Shown: positions 23,306 to 33,511 of the stretch, one piece after another
How positions within the stretch are numbered: position 1 is the stretch's first letter
Layout: each line of letters opens with the position of its first letter
Virus record (IMG/VR): IMGVR_UViG_3300046787_000129
Location: 1-64,000 of that record
From: a virus
Strand: one strand, 5' to 3'
DNA length: 64,000 nucleotides
Made by a program: the position numbers and the translations under genes
The notes under the pieces: model-generated
The model's database searches: none
Told to the model about the DNA's origin: nothing
The model's input: the letters and a program-made list of their open reading frames with translations, nothing else

Positions 23306-24547
23306 ATGACAATTTATACTAGACTGCAGATCAGACGAGGCGATGCCGCTGAGTGGATCGAAGCAAACCCAATACTTGCTGACGGTGAGCAGGCTCTAGA
23401 AAATGATACTCTAAAAACTAAGTTCGGTGATGGAGTCACAAACTACGTAGACCTTCCATACCAAGACCAACAGGGTCCAACAGGACCAACAGGTCCAATT
23501 GGAATAACAGGTCCTACAGGACCCAAGGGCGATACTGGATCTTTCGGTGGAGCGGTATTCACATATAGCTATCTAACAGACACAGTAGACTCAAATCCTG
23601 GATCTGGAAACCTAAAACTAAACAACACAATCTCTACAGCAACAGAGCTGTACATAAGCTTCTATGATGAGAATTCCGTAGACGCTTCCCCGTACTTAGA
23701 AACCATTGATGACTCTACTTCTGCAGTCAAGGGGCACTTCAAGATTCAGGAGGTAGCCAATGACAATAATTTTGCATATTACGCAATAATTGGAGAGCAC
23801 TACTTTCACGATACATACTTTGAGATTCCAATCCAATGGCTATCTGGTTCTATAACTTCCTGGACAAATGCTACAGATGTTACTATTACTTTTGTTAGAA
23901 CTGGCGACATGGGTGACACAGGTCCAACTGGGCCAACAGGGGCATCTGGACTAGATGGTGCCACAGGCCCAACAGGTCCACAAGGAGATCCAGGAGCAAC
24001 AGGGCCTGCTGGGTCAACAATAATAAATTGGCAGGGCGACTGGAGTGCACTAAGCACATACTCATCAAACGATATCGTATATTTTAATGGTAAGTCGTAC
24101 ATCTCGGTTGGAATATCTTATCCACCAGAAGATATAAACGCCACTCCAGAAAATATATCTACCTGGGAAATATTTGCATCTAGTGGAGCTTCTGGACCGA
24201 CTGGACCAACTGGTGCAACTGGCCCATCAGCACCTACCGTAACAGCAATAAATACAACATCTGCAACAGGCTATACCCTGCAGCTAACTGACAACAATCA
24301 GCTGCTATACCTAACTGGAACTTCTGCAGTAACTGTTACCATACCAGCTAATTCTTCGGTAGCCTTCCCAGTAGGATCTACAGTAAACTTTGTTCAGGCT
24401 AGTACTGGACAGGTTTCTGTAACTGGTCCAGCAGGAGGGTATTTAAACTATACCCCTGGAACGAAGACAAGAGCCCAATGGTCAATGGGGTCAATAATAA
24501 AGACAGATACTGATACTTGGCTTTTGGGCGGAGACCTAGTTAGCTAA
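23306..24547 (+). CDS. collagen-like tail fibre with C-terminal socket domain (copy 2)
   Basis: N-terminal QIRRG.AAEW...NP.L..GE...K.GDG; GPT repeats. Confidence 0.8.
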   Translation: MTIYTRLQIRRGDAAEWIEANPILADGEQALENDTLKTKFGDGVTNYVDLPYQDQQGPTGPTGPIGITGPTGPKGDTGSFGGAVFTYSYLTDTVDSNPGSGNLKLNNTISTATELYISFYDENSVDASPYLETIDDSTSAVKGHFKIQEVANDNNFAYYAIIGEHYFHDTYFEIPIQWLSGSITSWTNATDVTITFVRTGDMGDTGPTGPTGASGLDGATGPTGPQGDPGATGPAGSTIINWQGDWSALSTYSSNDIVYFNGKSYISVGISYPPEDINATPENISTWEIFASSGASGPTGPTGATGPSAPTVTAINTTSATGYTLQLTDNNQLLYLTGTSAVTVTIPANSSVAFPVGSTVNFVQASTGQVSVTGPAGGYLNYTPGTKTRAQWSMGSIIKTDTDTWLLGGDLVS

Positions 24548-25596
24548 TGAGGCTATTTCTTGGTTCCGTAATATCCCAGGGCCGAAAGTCCTTTAGAGAT
24601 ACATTCAATAGGGCAAACTTAACTGGTGAAGTGGGCAGAGCGTCTGACGGATCAGCTTGGAATATTATTAGAGGCACCTGGAATATTCTTAGCAATAAAG
24701 CAAAAGCCGATAGTACAGACTATCCAATAATCGCTCAGAACATGAATGTTTCAGATATACAGGTTGAGTTGTACGGAACATCTCAGGGTTCTTCCGCTGC
24801 CCTATGGGTAACTGACTCTGGCAACTGGTGGGCGGTTGGCCTGGTTCAGGAACCTACAGACTGTAACTGCACATACTACTACAATACGTATTATTATTAT
24901 GCAAATTCAACCTGTGTTGCATATAATCCTGGAAACTATGTGCCACCTGGACACAACGGTAACTACAATGCTGCAAATTGCAACTCTTATTATTGTTCAA
25001 AGTATACTGGAGGTGAGTGCACAAGCTCTGTATGTGTAGCATATAATGGATCTAACTGCAACAACTATGCCTATAACTATACAAATGGAACAACAAGATG
25101 TTCTGGCTCTTGGAATACGTCTAATTGTTCAACCTATGGTTGTACATCTTACGCACCATATTCTTGTATTGAAAATAGCTGCGGAAGCTATTCTCCAGGA
25201 TATAATAATGGCAATTTTAATAATGCATACACTAATGCAGCAACTGCATACAATTACGCTTGCATCATCCAGCAATCTGGACAGGATGGTCCATACGCAT
25301 CATGTCAAACCTGCTATCCACAATACGTTAGAATAATCCAGTCAGCCGCAAACACTGTATCTACAATAACCCAGTGGTCAGTTAGTGCTATAGCCTCAGC
25401 ACTAAGGGTAAAAACATCTGGATCTCAATTAACGATATCAGCATACAGCGACTCATCGATGGTAAGTCAAATTGGTTCAGACCTAGTTTATACGCCAACT
25501 GGAGTTACCATTACCCCAACATTTGGATTAACTGTTATTCCTTCGACGTATGGCCAAGGATATACTACCGATGAGATTAAGATCAGTAGAAACTAA
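24547..25596 (+). CDS. putative adhesin: beta-sandwich with 16-Cys insert (paralog A)
   Basis: DTFNRAN start; C/N/Y-rich insert. Confidence 0.75.
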   Translation: MRLFLGSVISQGRKSFRDTFNRANLTGEVGRASDGSAWNIIRGTWNILSNKAKADSTDYPIIAQNMNVSDIQVELYGTSQGSSAALWVTDSGNWWAVGLVQEPTDCNCTYYYNTYYYYANSTCVAYNPGNYVPPGHNGNYNAANCNSYYCSKYTGGECTSSVCVAYNGSNCNNYAYNYTNGTTRCSGSWNTSNCSTYGCTSYAPYSCIENSCGSYSPGYNNGNFNNAYTNAATAYNYACIIQQSGQDGPYASCQTCYPQYVRIIQSAANTVSTITQWSVSAIASALRVKTSGSQLTISAYSDSSMVSQIGSDLVYTPTGVTITPTFGLTVIPSTYGQGYTTDEIKISRN

Positions 25597-25615
25597 TTTT
25601 TGATATACTGGTATC

Positions 25616-25852
25616 ATGACAGAAAAATCAGCTTGGCAAAAGTACAAAGAAAAGCTTGGAGATACTCGTCCTTGGGATCTAGTTAATCCAGCAACTGAGT
25701 GGGCAGAAAAAGAAGTTGCCGATGCTCGCTACGATCTGTGTAAGGAATGTCCGTTCTTCATTAAGCTAACTGGTCAGTGCAAAGAATGCGGATGCATCAT
25801 GAGTGCAAAGACAAAACTGCTAAAGGCAACTTGCCCACAACACAAATGGTAA
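25616..25852 (+). CDS. DUF6171-like Cys protein, paralog 2 (leaderless)
   Basis: RPWDL...CKEC...QCKECGCIM.AKT....CP..KW. Confidence 0.75.
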   Translation: MTEKSAWQKYKEKLGDTRPWDLVNPATEWAEKEVADARYDLCKECPFFIKLTGQCKECGCIMSAKTKLLKATCPQHKW

Positions 25853-25888
25853 AAGAAAACCCCAGGATTTCTCCTGGGGTATCTTTTT
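25852..25888. terminator. bidirectional terminator
   Basis: ACCCCAGGA/TCCTGGGGT hairpin with A-run and T-run flanks between convergent genes. Confidence 0.75.
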
Positions 25889-25892
25889 GTGT

Positions 25893-26462
25893 CTAAAGTG
25901 TTTCTAATACTCTAACGTAACTAACACTAGAATAGTTTCCAGCAAAAGTCTTTACATCCTCAAATCTTGTAACATGTCCATGCTTTGGTGCATGAATCAT
26001 TTGTCCATTACCAGTATATATTCCAACATGGTATGCATCGTGTCTTCCGATATACTTAAAAACAACAATATCCCCAAGCTTCGGGGATCTAGTTACTTGT
26101 CCATAGTCTTCTTGTTTAGAAGCCCTATGCGTTATGTTGATATTCAGTTGTTCATAAAACCACATTGTTAGACCCGAACAGTCCCATCCAGCAGGAGAAG
26201 CTCCTGAGAATACGTACCACGTTTTGCCAACATGAGATTTTAATTGAGAGAATGCTTTTTGCATTTTTTCAGTATTTGAAGTGGCGACTAGATTGGCTAG
26301 CATTTGCTTTTGCCTTGCAGCCATTATTCTTGGGTTTAAATCGCCCTCTATATTTACTTGATTTACTACTGTAGTTACTTTCAAAGCTTCCGAACTTTCA
26401 GGGGTAACGCAGCCTGTTAGTGTTAGTACCAAGGTACCGATTGCAGCAATTTTAAACTTCAT
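25893..26462 (-). CDS. NlpC/P60 (C40) peptidoglycan endopeptidase, lipoprotein
   Basis: Lipobox LTGC; YVFSG...WDCSGL...GDIVVF...HVGIY.GNGQMIHA. Confidence 0.9.
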   Translation of the reverse strand: MKFKIAAIGTLVLTLTGCVTPESSEALKVTTVVNQVNIEGDLNPRIMAARQKQMLANLVATSNTEKMQKAFSQLKSHVGKTWYVFSGASPAGWDCSGLTMWFYEQLNINITHRASKQEDYGQVTRSPKLGDIVVFKYIGRHDAYHVGIYTGNGQMIHAPKHGHVTRFEDVKTFAGNYSSVSYVRVLETL

Positions 26463-26714
26463 TTTGCTACCTCCTTATTTTTTATGTTGTTACGACCTCT
26501 CTCACAGGTCCTGGCAGACAATATTCTTTCAGGTGGATAGAATATTTCCTTGAGTATGCCAGTGATTTCACGTTGTTGTCACTCTGTTTGTCACTATGTT
26601 CCTCTTAGAACAAAAACTTCCTTTAGAAGGAAGTTATCTATAAATTATACCATTATTTCGGGTACAGTCAATCAAAGATTGGCTAATTCTTTAATTATGG
26701 TATAATTAAGTATT

Positions 26715-27116
26715 ATGGCTAGAGGTACTGGAAGAATAGATGTTGGCAATAAGCCACCGCAAATACTATGGACAATTGTTCGTGGAGATACCGCTGCATT
26801 TACGGTGTACGTAACTGACGATGTAAAGGCTCCACTAACCCTGGCTGACTGGACTATTGCTATGGAGATTAAGCGTCCAACCGATGCTGCAAACTCTGGG
26901 GTAATAACCGATGCAGCAACAACTGTTCTAACCCTAACACCAGTTCACAATGTTTCAGACCCAGCTGGAGAGTTCACAGTATCTTTAACTGCAGCAGAGT
27001 CAACACAACTTGAGACTGGAGATATCTTTGACATCGAGCTTTCAACACAAGACAACGCTCTAGTTTGGACAGTAGCCCAGGGTAGCGTAAGTGTAATTGA
27101 GGATGTTACCAATTAA
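26715..27116 (+). CDS. small Ig-like virion protein (RGDT paralog 3)
   Basis: IVRGDT...FDIEL...WTVAQGSVSVIEDVT. Confidence 0.7.
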   Translation: MARGTGRIDVGNKPPQILWTIVRGDTAAFTVYVTDDVKAPLTLADWTIAMEIKRPTDAANSGVITDAATTVLTLTPVHNVSDPAGEFTVSLTAAESTQLETGDIFDIELSTQDNALVWTVAQGSVSVIEDVTN

Positions 27117-27340
27117 TGGCAACCTCGGTCATCAAGTTAAAAAATAATGGTGCCGTTAAAAAGGCAAAGTCAATTGCCTATGGAATTATAAAACTAACTT
27201 CTAAAACTAGAACTGTAAAGGTAAAACAAACTCTTCCATTTCGTGTAAAGTTTACGAGTGTGCAAGTTCCAGGGTATAGTGTAAATAGCCCAGCCCCAAT
27301 CGGCATAGCAGTTATCGGATATAGCAACTATATATTATAG
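27116..27340 (+). CDS. small basic partner protein
   Basis: 74 aa, coupled. Confidence 0.6.
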   Translation: MATSVIKLKNNGAVKKAKSIAYGIIKLTSKTRTVKVKQTLPFRVKFTSVQVPGYSVNSPAPIGIAVIGYSNYIL

Positions 27341-27371
27341 TGTATAATTGTATAATTAGGAGAGTTTAATA

Positions 27372-28241
27372 GTGACCACCACCAACAAAGACTTTAAGGT
27401 AAAACATGGGCTAGTCGTAGCCAATGGTGGAACCTTTGGTGGACCAGTAACTGTAGGAACTCCAACTGGTCCAGACCATGCAGCTACAAAAGACTATGTA
27501 GACGGAATATCACTGATAACAGGACCGACAGGAGCAGATGGCTCAATTGGTCCAACAGGAGCCGTAGGTCCAACAGGAGCAACTGGCCCAGCCGCAGAAT
27601 TCCTAGTGACCTCAACTCCTCCCTCATCACCACAAGAAGGTCAAATATGGTTTGATCCTGCAGCCGCTGCAGAGTATGTCTACTATGATGGATATTGGGT
27701 AGAGATATCAGGACCACAAGGAATTCAAGGTCCAACTGGTCCAACTGGACCAACTGGTCCAACTGGTCCCCTAGGGCCTACAGGTCCAGTGGCAGAGTTT
27801 TCAGTTACGCCTACTGCACCAGCTTCTCCACAAGAGGGGCAAATCTGGTTTGACCCATCAACCGCAGCAGAATACATTTATTATGACGGTGTCTGGATAG
27901 AGGTTTCTGGACCACAAGGCATCCAGGGTCCAACTGGACCAACTGGTCCCTCTGGAGTGTTGCCTAGCTTGTCCGTATCATCAGATATTACCTTATCATC
28001 TGGTAATAAATATTTTGTAGACACTTCTGCGGCAAGATCTCTAACTCTTCCAGCAGCCCCTAGCCTCGGGGATGAAATAAAGATCTTTGATGCCTCTAAC
28101 AGTTCTGCATCAAACAGTATCACGATACTAAATAATGGCATAAAAATAAACGGAGTCTTGGGCTCAGCTTCAATAAGCACAAACGGTGCAGATGCATTAT
28201 TTGTATATACTGGGACTACTTATGGATGGAAAATGAGCTAA
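27372..28241 (+). CDS. collagen-like fibre protein
   Basis: KDFKVKHGL N-terminus; GPT repeats; duplicated PQEGQIWFDP...YYDG.W module. Confidence 0.8.
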   Translation: MTTTNKDFKVKHGLVVANGGTFGGPVTVGTPTGPDHAATKDYVDGISLITGPTGADGSIGPTGAVGPTGATGPAAEFLVTSTPPSSPQEGQIWFDPAAAAEYVYYDGYWVEISGPQGIQGPTGPTGPTGPTGPLGPTGPVAEFSVTPTAPASPQEGQIWFDPSTAAEYIYYDGVWIEVSGPQGIQGPTGPTGPSGVLPSLSVSSDITLSSGNKYFVDTSAARSLTLPAAPSLGDEIKIFDASNSSASNSITILNNGIKINGVLGSASISTNGADALFVYTGTTYGWKMS

Positions 28242-28293
28242 CGCTCAGTCTTTAACTGACTCTTAGTCTAAATAGTGATATAATTGTCTTATC

Positions 28294-29997
28294 ATGACTT
28301 CCATTAATTTTCCAGATACCCCACAAGTAGATGACGAGTTCTCTGCTGGCACCAGAACATGGAAATGGGATGGAATAGCCTGGAGAATAGTCTCCGTATC
28401 AGTGGGGCCAACAGGACCACAAGGAAACACTGGAAACCTTGGACCGCAGGGGCCTACAGGCCCACAAGGTGATACTGGCCCACAGGGACCACAAGGAACC
28501 TCTATAAACTTTATAGGCACTGTAGCAGATGTTGCCAGCCTGCCATCTACTGGAAACTCAGCAAACGATGCGTACATCGTTCAAGCTGACGGTGACCTTT
28601 ACGTATGGGATGGCTCAGCCTGGGACAATGTAGGCCAGATTGTTGGACCACAAGGACCAACAGGTCCACAGGGCGACGAAGGTCCAGTAGGACCAACAGG
28701 ACCACAGGGACAAATTGGTCTAACTGGTGCAGACTCTACAGTAACAGGCCCGACAGGACCACAAGGTGTAGTAGGTCCAACAGGTGCGACAGGACCACAG
28801 GGCCCACAGGGAGACGTTGGGCCAACAGGACCAGTTGGAGATCAGGGAACTCCTGGTCTAAATGGAGATGAAGGACCACAGGGTCCAACTGGACCGCAGG
28901 GACCTACAGGCCCTACAGGCCCGACAGGACCACAAGGTGCAGACTCTAGCATAACTGGTCCAACAGGTGCCACGGGTGCATCAGGAGTTGTTTCAGTTAC
29001 TGGGCCAGTTACAAATACTGGAACATCTACTTCTGCAGTAATTGGACTTGACCAATCGTTAATATCTCTTGCACAGTCACAGGTGACTGACCTAATGTCA
29101 GACCTAGCAGACAAGGCACCAATCGCATCGCCAACATTCACTGGAACGGTAAATGTTACTGGCGACCTTTACGTATCTGGAACAACAACTACTGTAAATA
29201 CTCAAGACATTGTTGTTAGCGACCCAATGGTATACATCGGAGAAAACAACTCTTCAAACATAGTTGACCTAGGATTTGTTGCCTCATTTAATGACGGAAC
29301 TTACCAGCATACTGGATTGATTAGAGATGCTTCAGCAAGTAAGTGGAAGCTTTTCAAGGGGGTAACCGATGAGCCAACGACTACTGTAAACTTTGCTCAA
29401 GGCTCATTAGATACTCTAGCTACTGCAGCATTGGAGACATCAAGTATCACAGCAACCACGTCAGTTGATTTCACTGGTGCAACTATTACAGGAATTGACC
29501 TACTGCCTTCTCAGACTGGAAATACTGGAAAGTACCTTACAACCGACGGTACAGATGCTTCATGGGCAACTCTAAATGCTAGCCCAGCACTAGACGACCT
29601 ATCCGACGTAGCAATTACTTCAGTAGCCACTAACGATGTGGTTTACTACAACGGAACTTCCTGGGTAAATAAGAACGTCTCTGCAATTCCAGTGTCTACT
29701 AACGCACAAGCTGGAACAACTTATACCCTAGTACTTTCCGATGCTGGAAAGATAGTTGAGGCATCTAATGCTTCTGCAATTACTGTAACTATCCCAGCTA
29801 ACTCATCTGTTGCATATCCAGTTGGAACTCAGATAACTATTCTGCAGACTGGTGCTGGGCAGGTAACTGTAGCAGACCCATCGGGCGGTACACTAAATGC
29901 TACACCTGGAAAGAAGCTTCGTGCTCAATGGTCATCGGCAGTTCTTACAAAGAGAGCTACAGACACCTGGGTCCTAACTGGAGACTTGACAGCATAA
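28294..29997 (+). CDS. collagen-like tail fibre with C-terminal socket domain (copy 3)
   Basis: Long GPQ/GPT repeats; ...[25 protein letters not shown]. Confidence 0.8.
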   Translation: MTSINFPDTPQVDDEFSAGTRTWKWDGIAWRIVSVSVGPTGPQGNTGNLGPQGPTGPQGDTGPQGPQGTSINFIGTVADVASLPSTGNSANDAYIVQADGDLYVWDGSAWDNVGQIVGPQGPTGPQGDEGPVGPTGPQGQIGLTGADSTVTGPTGPQGVVGPTGATGPQGPQGDVGPTGPVGDQGTPGLNGDEGPQGPTGPQGPTGPTGPTGPQGADSSITGPTGATGASGVVSVTGPVTNTGTSTSAVIGLDQSLISLAQSQVTDLMSDLADKAPIASPTFTGTVNVTGDLYVSGTTTTVNTQDIVVSDPMVYIGENNSSNIVDLGFVASFNDGTYQHTGLIRDASASKWKLFKGVTDEPTTTVNFAQGSLDTLATAALETSSITATTSVDFTGATITGIDLLPSQTGNTGKYLTTDGTDASWATLNASPALDDLSDVAITSVATNDVVYYNGTSWVNKNVSAIPVSTNAQAGTTYTLVLSDAGKIVEASNASAITVTIPANSSVAYPVGTQITILQTGAGQVTVADPSGGTLNATPGKKLRAQWSSAVLTKRATDTWVLTGDLTA

Positions 29998-31043
29998 TGG
30001 CAAACAAGCTAAGCGGCGTTGGCTCTTCGATACGAAAGAGACTACTAGATACCTTTGACAGATCAAACCAGTCTGGAATTGGAACGGCCTCGGATGGAAG
30101 CCTGTGGAATACTATCCGTGGAAGCTTCAGCATTTCTACAAATAAGGCTGTAGGCGTAGATGCTAACTATCCTATGGCAACACAGTCCCTGCCATTCTCA
30201 AATGTTGAGATTAACCTAAATGGAGCAGCTACAGGCTCAGCTGCAGCCCTTTGGGTAACTGACTCTGGCAACTGGTGGGCGGTAGGTCTAACTCAAGAGC
30301 CTACAGATTGTAACTGCACCTACTATTACAATACTTTTTATTACTACACAGCATCTACATGTGTTGGATACACACCTGGAAACTATGTTGGCTCATACAA
30401 TAATGGAAACTATAACGGTTCAAACTGTAACTATTACTACTGCTCATCGTATAGTGGAGGTCAGTGTGTAAGCTCTACATGCGTATCGTATAATGGCTCT
30501 AACTGTAATAATTATGCTTATAACACTACAAACAAGTCAACTAGATGTTCTGGATCTTGGAATGCATCTAACTGTGCATCTTATGGATGTACTGGATATG
30601 CCCCATATAGCTGTAACGCATATAGCTGTGGAAGCTGGAATGCCTCAACCATGAATGGTAGCTTTAATGCTCCTTATACAAACGCTCCAACAGCATATAA
30701 TTATGCCTGCAACATTCAGCAGTCTGGCCAGGCTGGACCATATGCATCATGCTCTACCTGTTACCCACAGTACATAAGAGTGCTACAGTCTGTAGGAAAT
30801 ACAGTGTCTACAATAACTCAGTGGTCAATTGCCAGCCTAGCCTCAGCACTAAAGGTCAAGACCTCTGGGTCTCAAATAACTATCTCAGCATACAGTGATC
30901 CTGACATGGTAACCCAGATTGGTTCAGATCTTGTCTATACTCCGACTAGCGTCACGATTACGCCAACATTTGGAATAACTGTTATTCCATCTGGTTATGG
31001 CCAAGGGTATACGACTGACAAGGTAGAAATAAAGAAGAATTAA
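29997..31043 (+). CDS. putative adhesin: beta-sandwich with 16-Cys insert (paralog B)
   Basis: Start MANKLSG by TAATG coupling; colinear with 24547. Confidence 0.75.
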   Translation: MANKLSGVGSSIRKRLLDTFDRSNQSGIGTASDGSLWNTIRGSFSISTNKAVGVDANYPMATQSLPFSNVEINLNGAATGSAAALWVTDSGNWWAVGLTQEPTDCNCTYYYNTFYYYTASTCVGYTPGNYVGSYNNGNYNGSNCNYYYCSSYSGGQCVSSTCVSYNGSNCNNYAYNTTNKSTRCSGSWNASNCASYGCTGYAPYSCNAYSCGSWNASTMNGSFNAPYTNAPTAYNYACNIQQSGQAGPYASCSTCYPQYIRVLQSVGNTVSTITQWSIASLASALKVKTSGSQITISAYSDPDMVTQIGSDLVYTPTSVTITPTFGITVIPSGYGQGYTTDKVEIKKN

Positions 31044-31079
31044 TGCTATACTAGACTTCTAAACATTTAGAGGTATGGT

Positions 31080-31769
31080 ATGAAAATAATTAGATTTTTC
31101 TCAGACAAGGCTATTGACAATATCGGTCAGCCATCAGCAATTAAAAACTTTTTGCCAAGCTGGTACAAAGAGGCGGAGACTACCTATCTAGGCTCGGATG
31201 GTTCAGAGGCCCCAGGACTTAAAAAGTGTGCTCCATACATGGATGCCCTACTCTCTGGATACACACTGGTAACCCCAGTAGATATCTTTGTTTCTAAGAA
31301 CGAAGACGGCAGCCTCAAGATAGGCTGGAATGGTCCAGGAGAAATGTCAGATTTTGTATCTGAGCGTCCAAAGGAATCTGGGGCAACCATGCCAAGACCA
31401 GCTGGACACTTTCCAAATCACATGGTCTGGCGAGGGTTTTGGGGAATTAATACTCCACGTGGATGGAGTGTTCTTATGACTCATCCATTAAATAGGTTTG
31501 ACCTTCCATTCACGACTACGTCTGGCATTATCGACAGCGATGCTTTTAGTGCATCAGGCAACATTCCATTCTTTATTCGGGAAGACTTTTCTGGAGTTAT
31601 CCCTGCAGGAACTCCGATTGCCCAGCTAATACCTATAAAGAGAGCTTCCTGGAGAATGGTAAAAAATGATAAAGGCCAGTGGAACAAGGAACACGAACAG
31701 GGTACTCAGGTAAGAAATCCAGAAACAAATTATAAAAAGAGCATGTGGAAAAGAAAAGAGTATAACTAA
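31080..31769 (+). CDS. DUF6065-like (dUTPase-fold suspected) protein, paralog 1
   Basis: KKC.P..DA...GY...HPLNR.DLPF...GI.D.D...PAGTP..Q.IP.KR..W. Confidence 0.65.
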   Translation: MKIIRFFSDKAIDNIGQPSAIKNFLPSWYKEAETTYLGSDGSEAPGLKKCAPYMDALLSGYTLVTPVDIFVSKNEDGSLKIGWNGPGEMSDFVSERPKESGATMPRPAGHFPNHMVWRGFWGINTPRGWSVLMTHPLNRFDLPFTTTSGIIDSDAFSASGNIPFFIREDFSGVIPAGTPIAQLIPIKRASWRMVKNDKGQWNKEHEQGTQVRNPETNYKKSMWKRKEYN

Positions 31770-32110
31770 TGGCACATACACACGAAAACGGCCAGGTACA
31801 TGGCAAGGTAACAACTCTAGACCTACTAAAGAGATACCTAGCACTAAAGGTTGAGAAGATGTCAGGAGTCAAGAAGTCTGTCATTAATCCTAACGTCTCT
31901 CCGCTAGACCAGATGTCGGGAATTGAGATTAACCACATCGCAATAGTCATTGATGGAGAAGTTCAGGATGTAATTAGAGCACAGAATAGAATGGCTGCAA
32001 TGATTCTAAGCAATCCAGAGTTCGTATTCTTTGAGCCATCTGAGACTACGGTAAAACTTGGATTTAAGTATCAAGATGGAAAGTTTATCAATCCAGAAGA
32101 GGAAAAGTAA
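31769..32110 (+). CDS. fibre-chaperone-like protein
   Basis: IAIVIDGEV...SNP.F...G.KYQDGKF..P. Confidence 0.55.
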   Translation: MAHTHENGQVHGKVTTLDLLKRYLALKVEKMSGVKKSVINPNVSPLDQMSGIEINHIAIVIDGEVQDVIRAQNRMAAMILSNPEFVFFEPSETTVKLGFKYQDGKFINPEEEK

Positions 32111-32773
32111 TTGGGTAAGAAGAAGATAACCTTTCACTCAGAAAGGACAGACCTAGACCTACTGAAGCCTATTCCGACTTCAAGGGCTATGCCAGACTGG
32201 TTTAGATCAATGCCAGGATCAATTCAGGGCGTAGAGACAGTTAAGAAGTGCGTACCAGTACTTGACGCACTAACAGCTGGATACGTTATTCCAATCCCAG
32301 CAGACGCATACTGGGACAAAGAGTCTAAGAGATTTGTTTCAGCTTTCGTAGACAAGCTAGACTCTGACCACATGAAAGAGCAAACATCATTTGTAGAAAT
32401 TCCAGACAACTTCGATCCACAGCCACACAAGTGGATTAATCGCTGGTTTATAAAGACACCAAAGGGATACAGCACACTATTCATTCACCCACTTAACAGA
32501 CAGGATCTACCGTTTAGATCATTCTCTGGAATTGTGGATACTGACAAGCATCCTATGCCAGTAAACTTTCCTTTTATTCTAGAGAAGGATTTCGATGGAG
32601 TAATCCCTGCAGGTACACCAATGATTCAGGCAATTCCATTCAAGAGGGACGACTGGGAGTCAACAATCATTGACACTGGAGACTCGTACTTCTATCCATA
32701 CTCGTCTGACAACATGAACCCACCATTTGCCTGGTATAAGCGTAAGTGGTGGAGTAGAAAGCTTTATAGCTAA
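32111..32773 (+). CDS. DUF6065-like protein, paralog 2
   Basis: Same motifs as 31080. Confidence 0.65.
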   Translation: MGKKKITFHSERTDLDLLKPIPTSRAMPDWFRSMPGSIQGVETVKKCVPVLDALTAGYVIPIPADAYWDKESKRFVSAFVDKLDSDHMKEQTSFVEIPDNFDPQPHKWINRWFIKTPKGYSTLFIHPLNRQDLPFRSFSGIVDTDKHPMPVNFPFILEKDFDGVIPAGTPMIQAIPFKRDDWESTIIDTGDSYFYPYSSDNMNPPFAWYKRKWWSRKLYS

Positions 32774-33511
32774 ATGATAAAACTTTTAATTGGAGACGCT
32801 TGTAAGCTAGATGTACAGTCTAATAGCGTAGACTTAATCATAACTCACCCACCATATCTAGGGATAGATACCGTTAGGTATGGTGGCGATAGCTCTAAGC
32901 AAATAAATTATTCTCAGGATAAGACAAAGATGCTGAAGCTTCTCAAAAAGGCTACAGACGAGATGGTCAGGGTTTTAAAGCCAGGAGGACACCTCGTAAT
33001 TGCCAACGGCAGAGACCAAGGAATAGACCTAGAGTACATTGTAAATGCTAGAAAGAATAAGCAGTTAAAGTATCTAGACTTTATTTGTCAGAACTCATAT
33101 AGCTCTAAAGACAACTCTAGTCAAAGTAGAATTATGAGCGAGTCTATAACAGTATGGCATCACTTTGTAAAAGACGGGGATGCATATTATAACCCCTTTA
33201 TCACAAAGAGATACAGTGACCCAGTGTGGAACTTGCCAGAAAACAATATAGATGCTACAGTAGATACTCTAATCCACAGAGAAATAAACATCATTGATAC
33301 AATGAATGTAGAAATACCAAAAAGATTTATAGAGATGTTTACAAAAAAGAATGCTATAGTTCTAGACCCATTTGGGGGATCTGGACTGGTAGCGGTAACA
33401 GCAGCAGAACTGGGTAGACGAGGAATATCTAACGATATCTCTGAGGACCAGAACAAGGCAGCAGAACAAAGAGTCTTGCTTACATTAGGAGAGAAATATG
33501 TCGGAAGCTAA
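32774..33511 (+). CDS. SAM-dependent amino-methyltransferase, N4/N6 beta-class fold
   Basis: DLIITHPPY (motif IV) ... VLDPFGGSG (motif I). Confidence 0.8.
   Translation: MIKLLIGDACKLDVQSNSVDLIITHPPYLGIDTVRYGGDSSKQINYSQDKTKMLKLLKKATDEMVRVLKPGGHLVIANGRDQGIDLEYIVNARKNKQLKYLDFICQNSYSSKDNSSQSRIMSESITVWHHFVKDGDAYYNPFITKRYSDPVWNLPENNIDATVDTLIHREINIIDTMNVEIPKRFIEMFTKKNAIVLDPFGGSGLVAVTAAELGRRGISNDISEDQNKAAEQRVLLTLGEKYVGS

Noticed and set aside
26463-26640. c-di-AMP (ydaO) riboswitch
   Set aside because: Conserved GCUGAAUCC, GGGGACCC and CAGCUAAC elements not present
23490-28985. GGN-CCN-ACN tandem DNA repeats as regulatory or satellite DNA
   Set aside because: Explained by collagen-like Gly-Pro-Thr/Gln coding
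24800-30800. DGR template/variable repeat pair (Asn-rich, similar segments in the two adhesins)
   Set aside because: Differences are spread over all bases, many at synonymous positions, and are not adenine-specific; both copies are full genes; no reverse transcriptase in window
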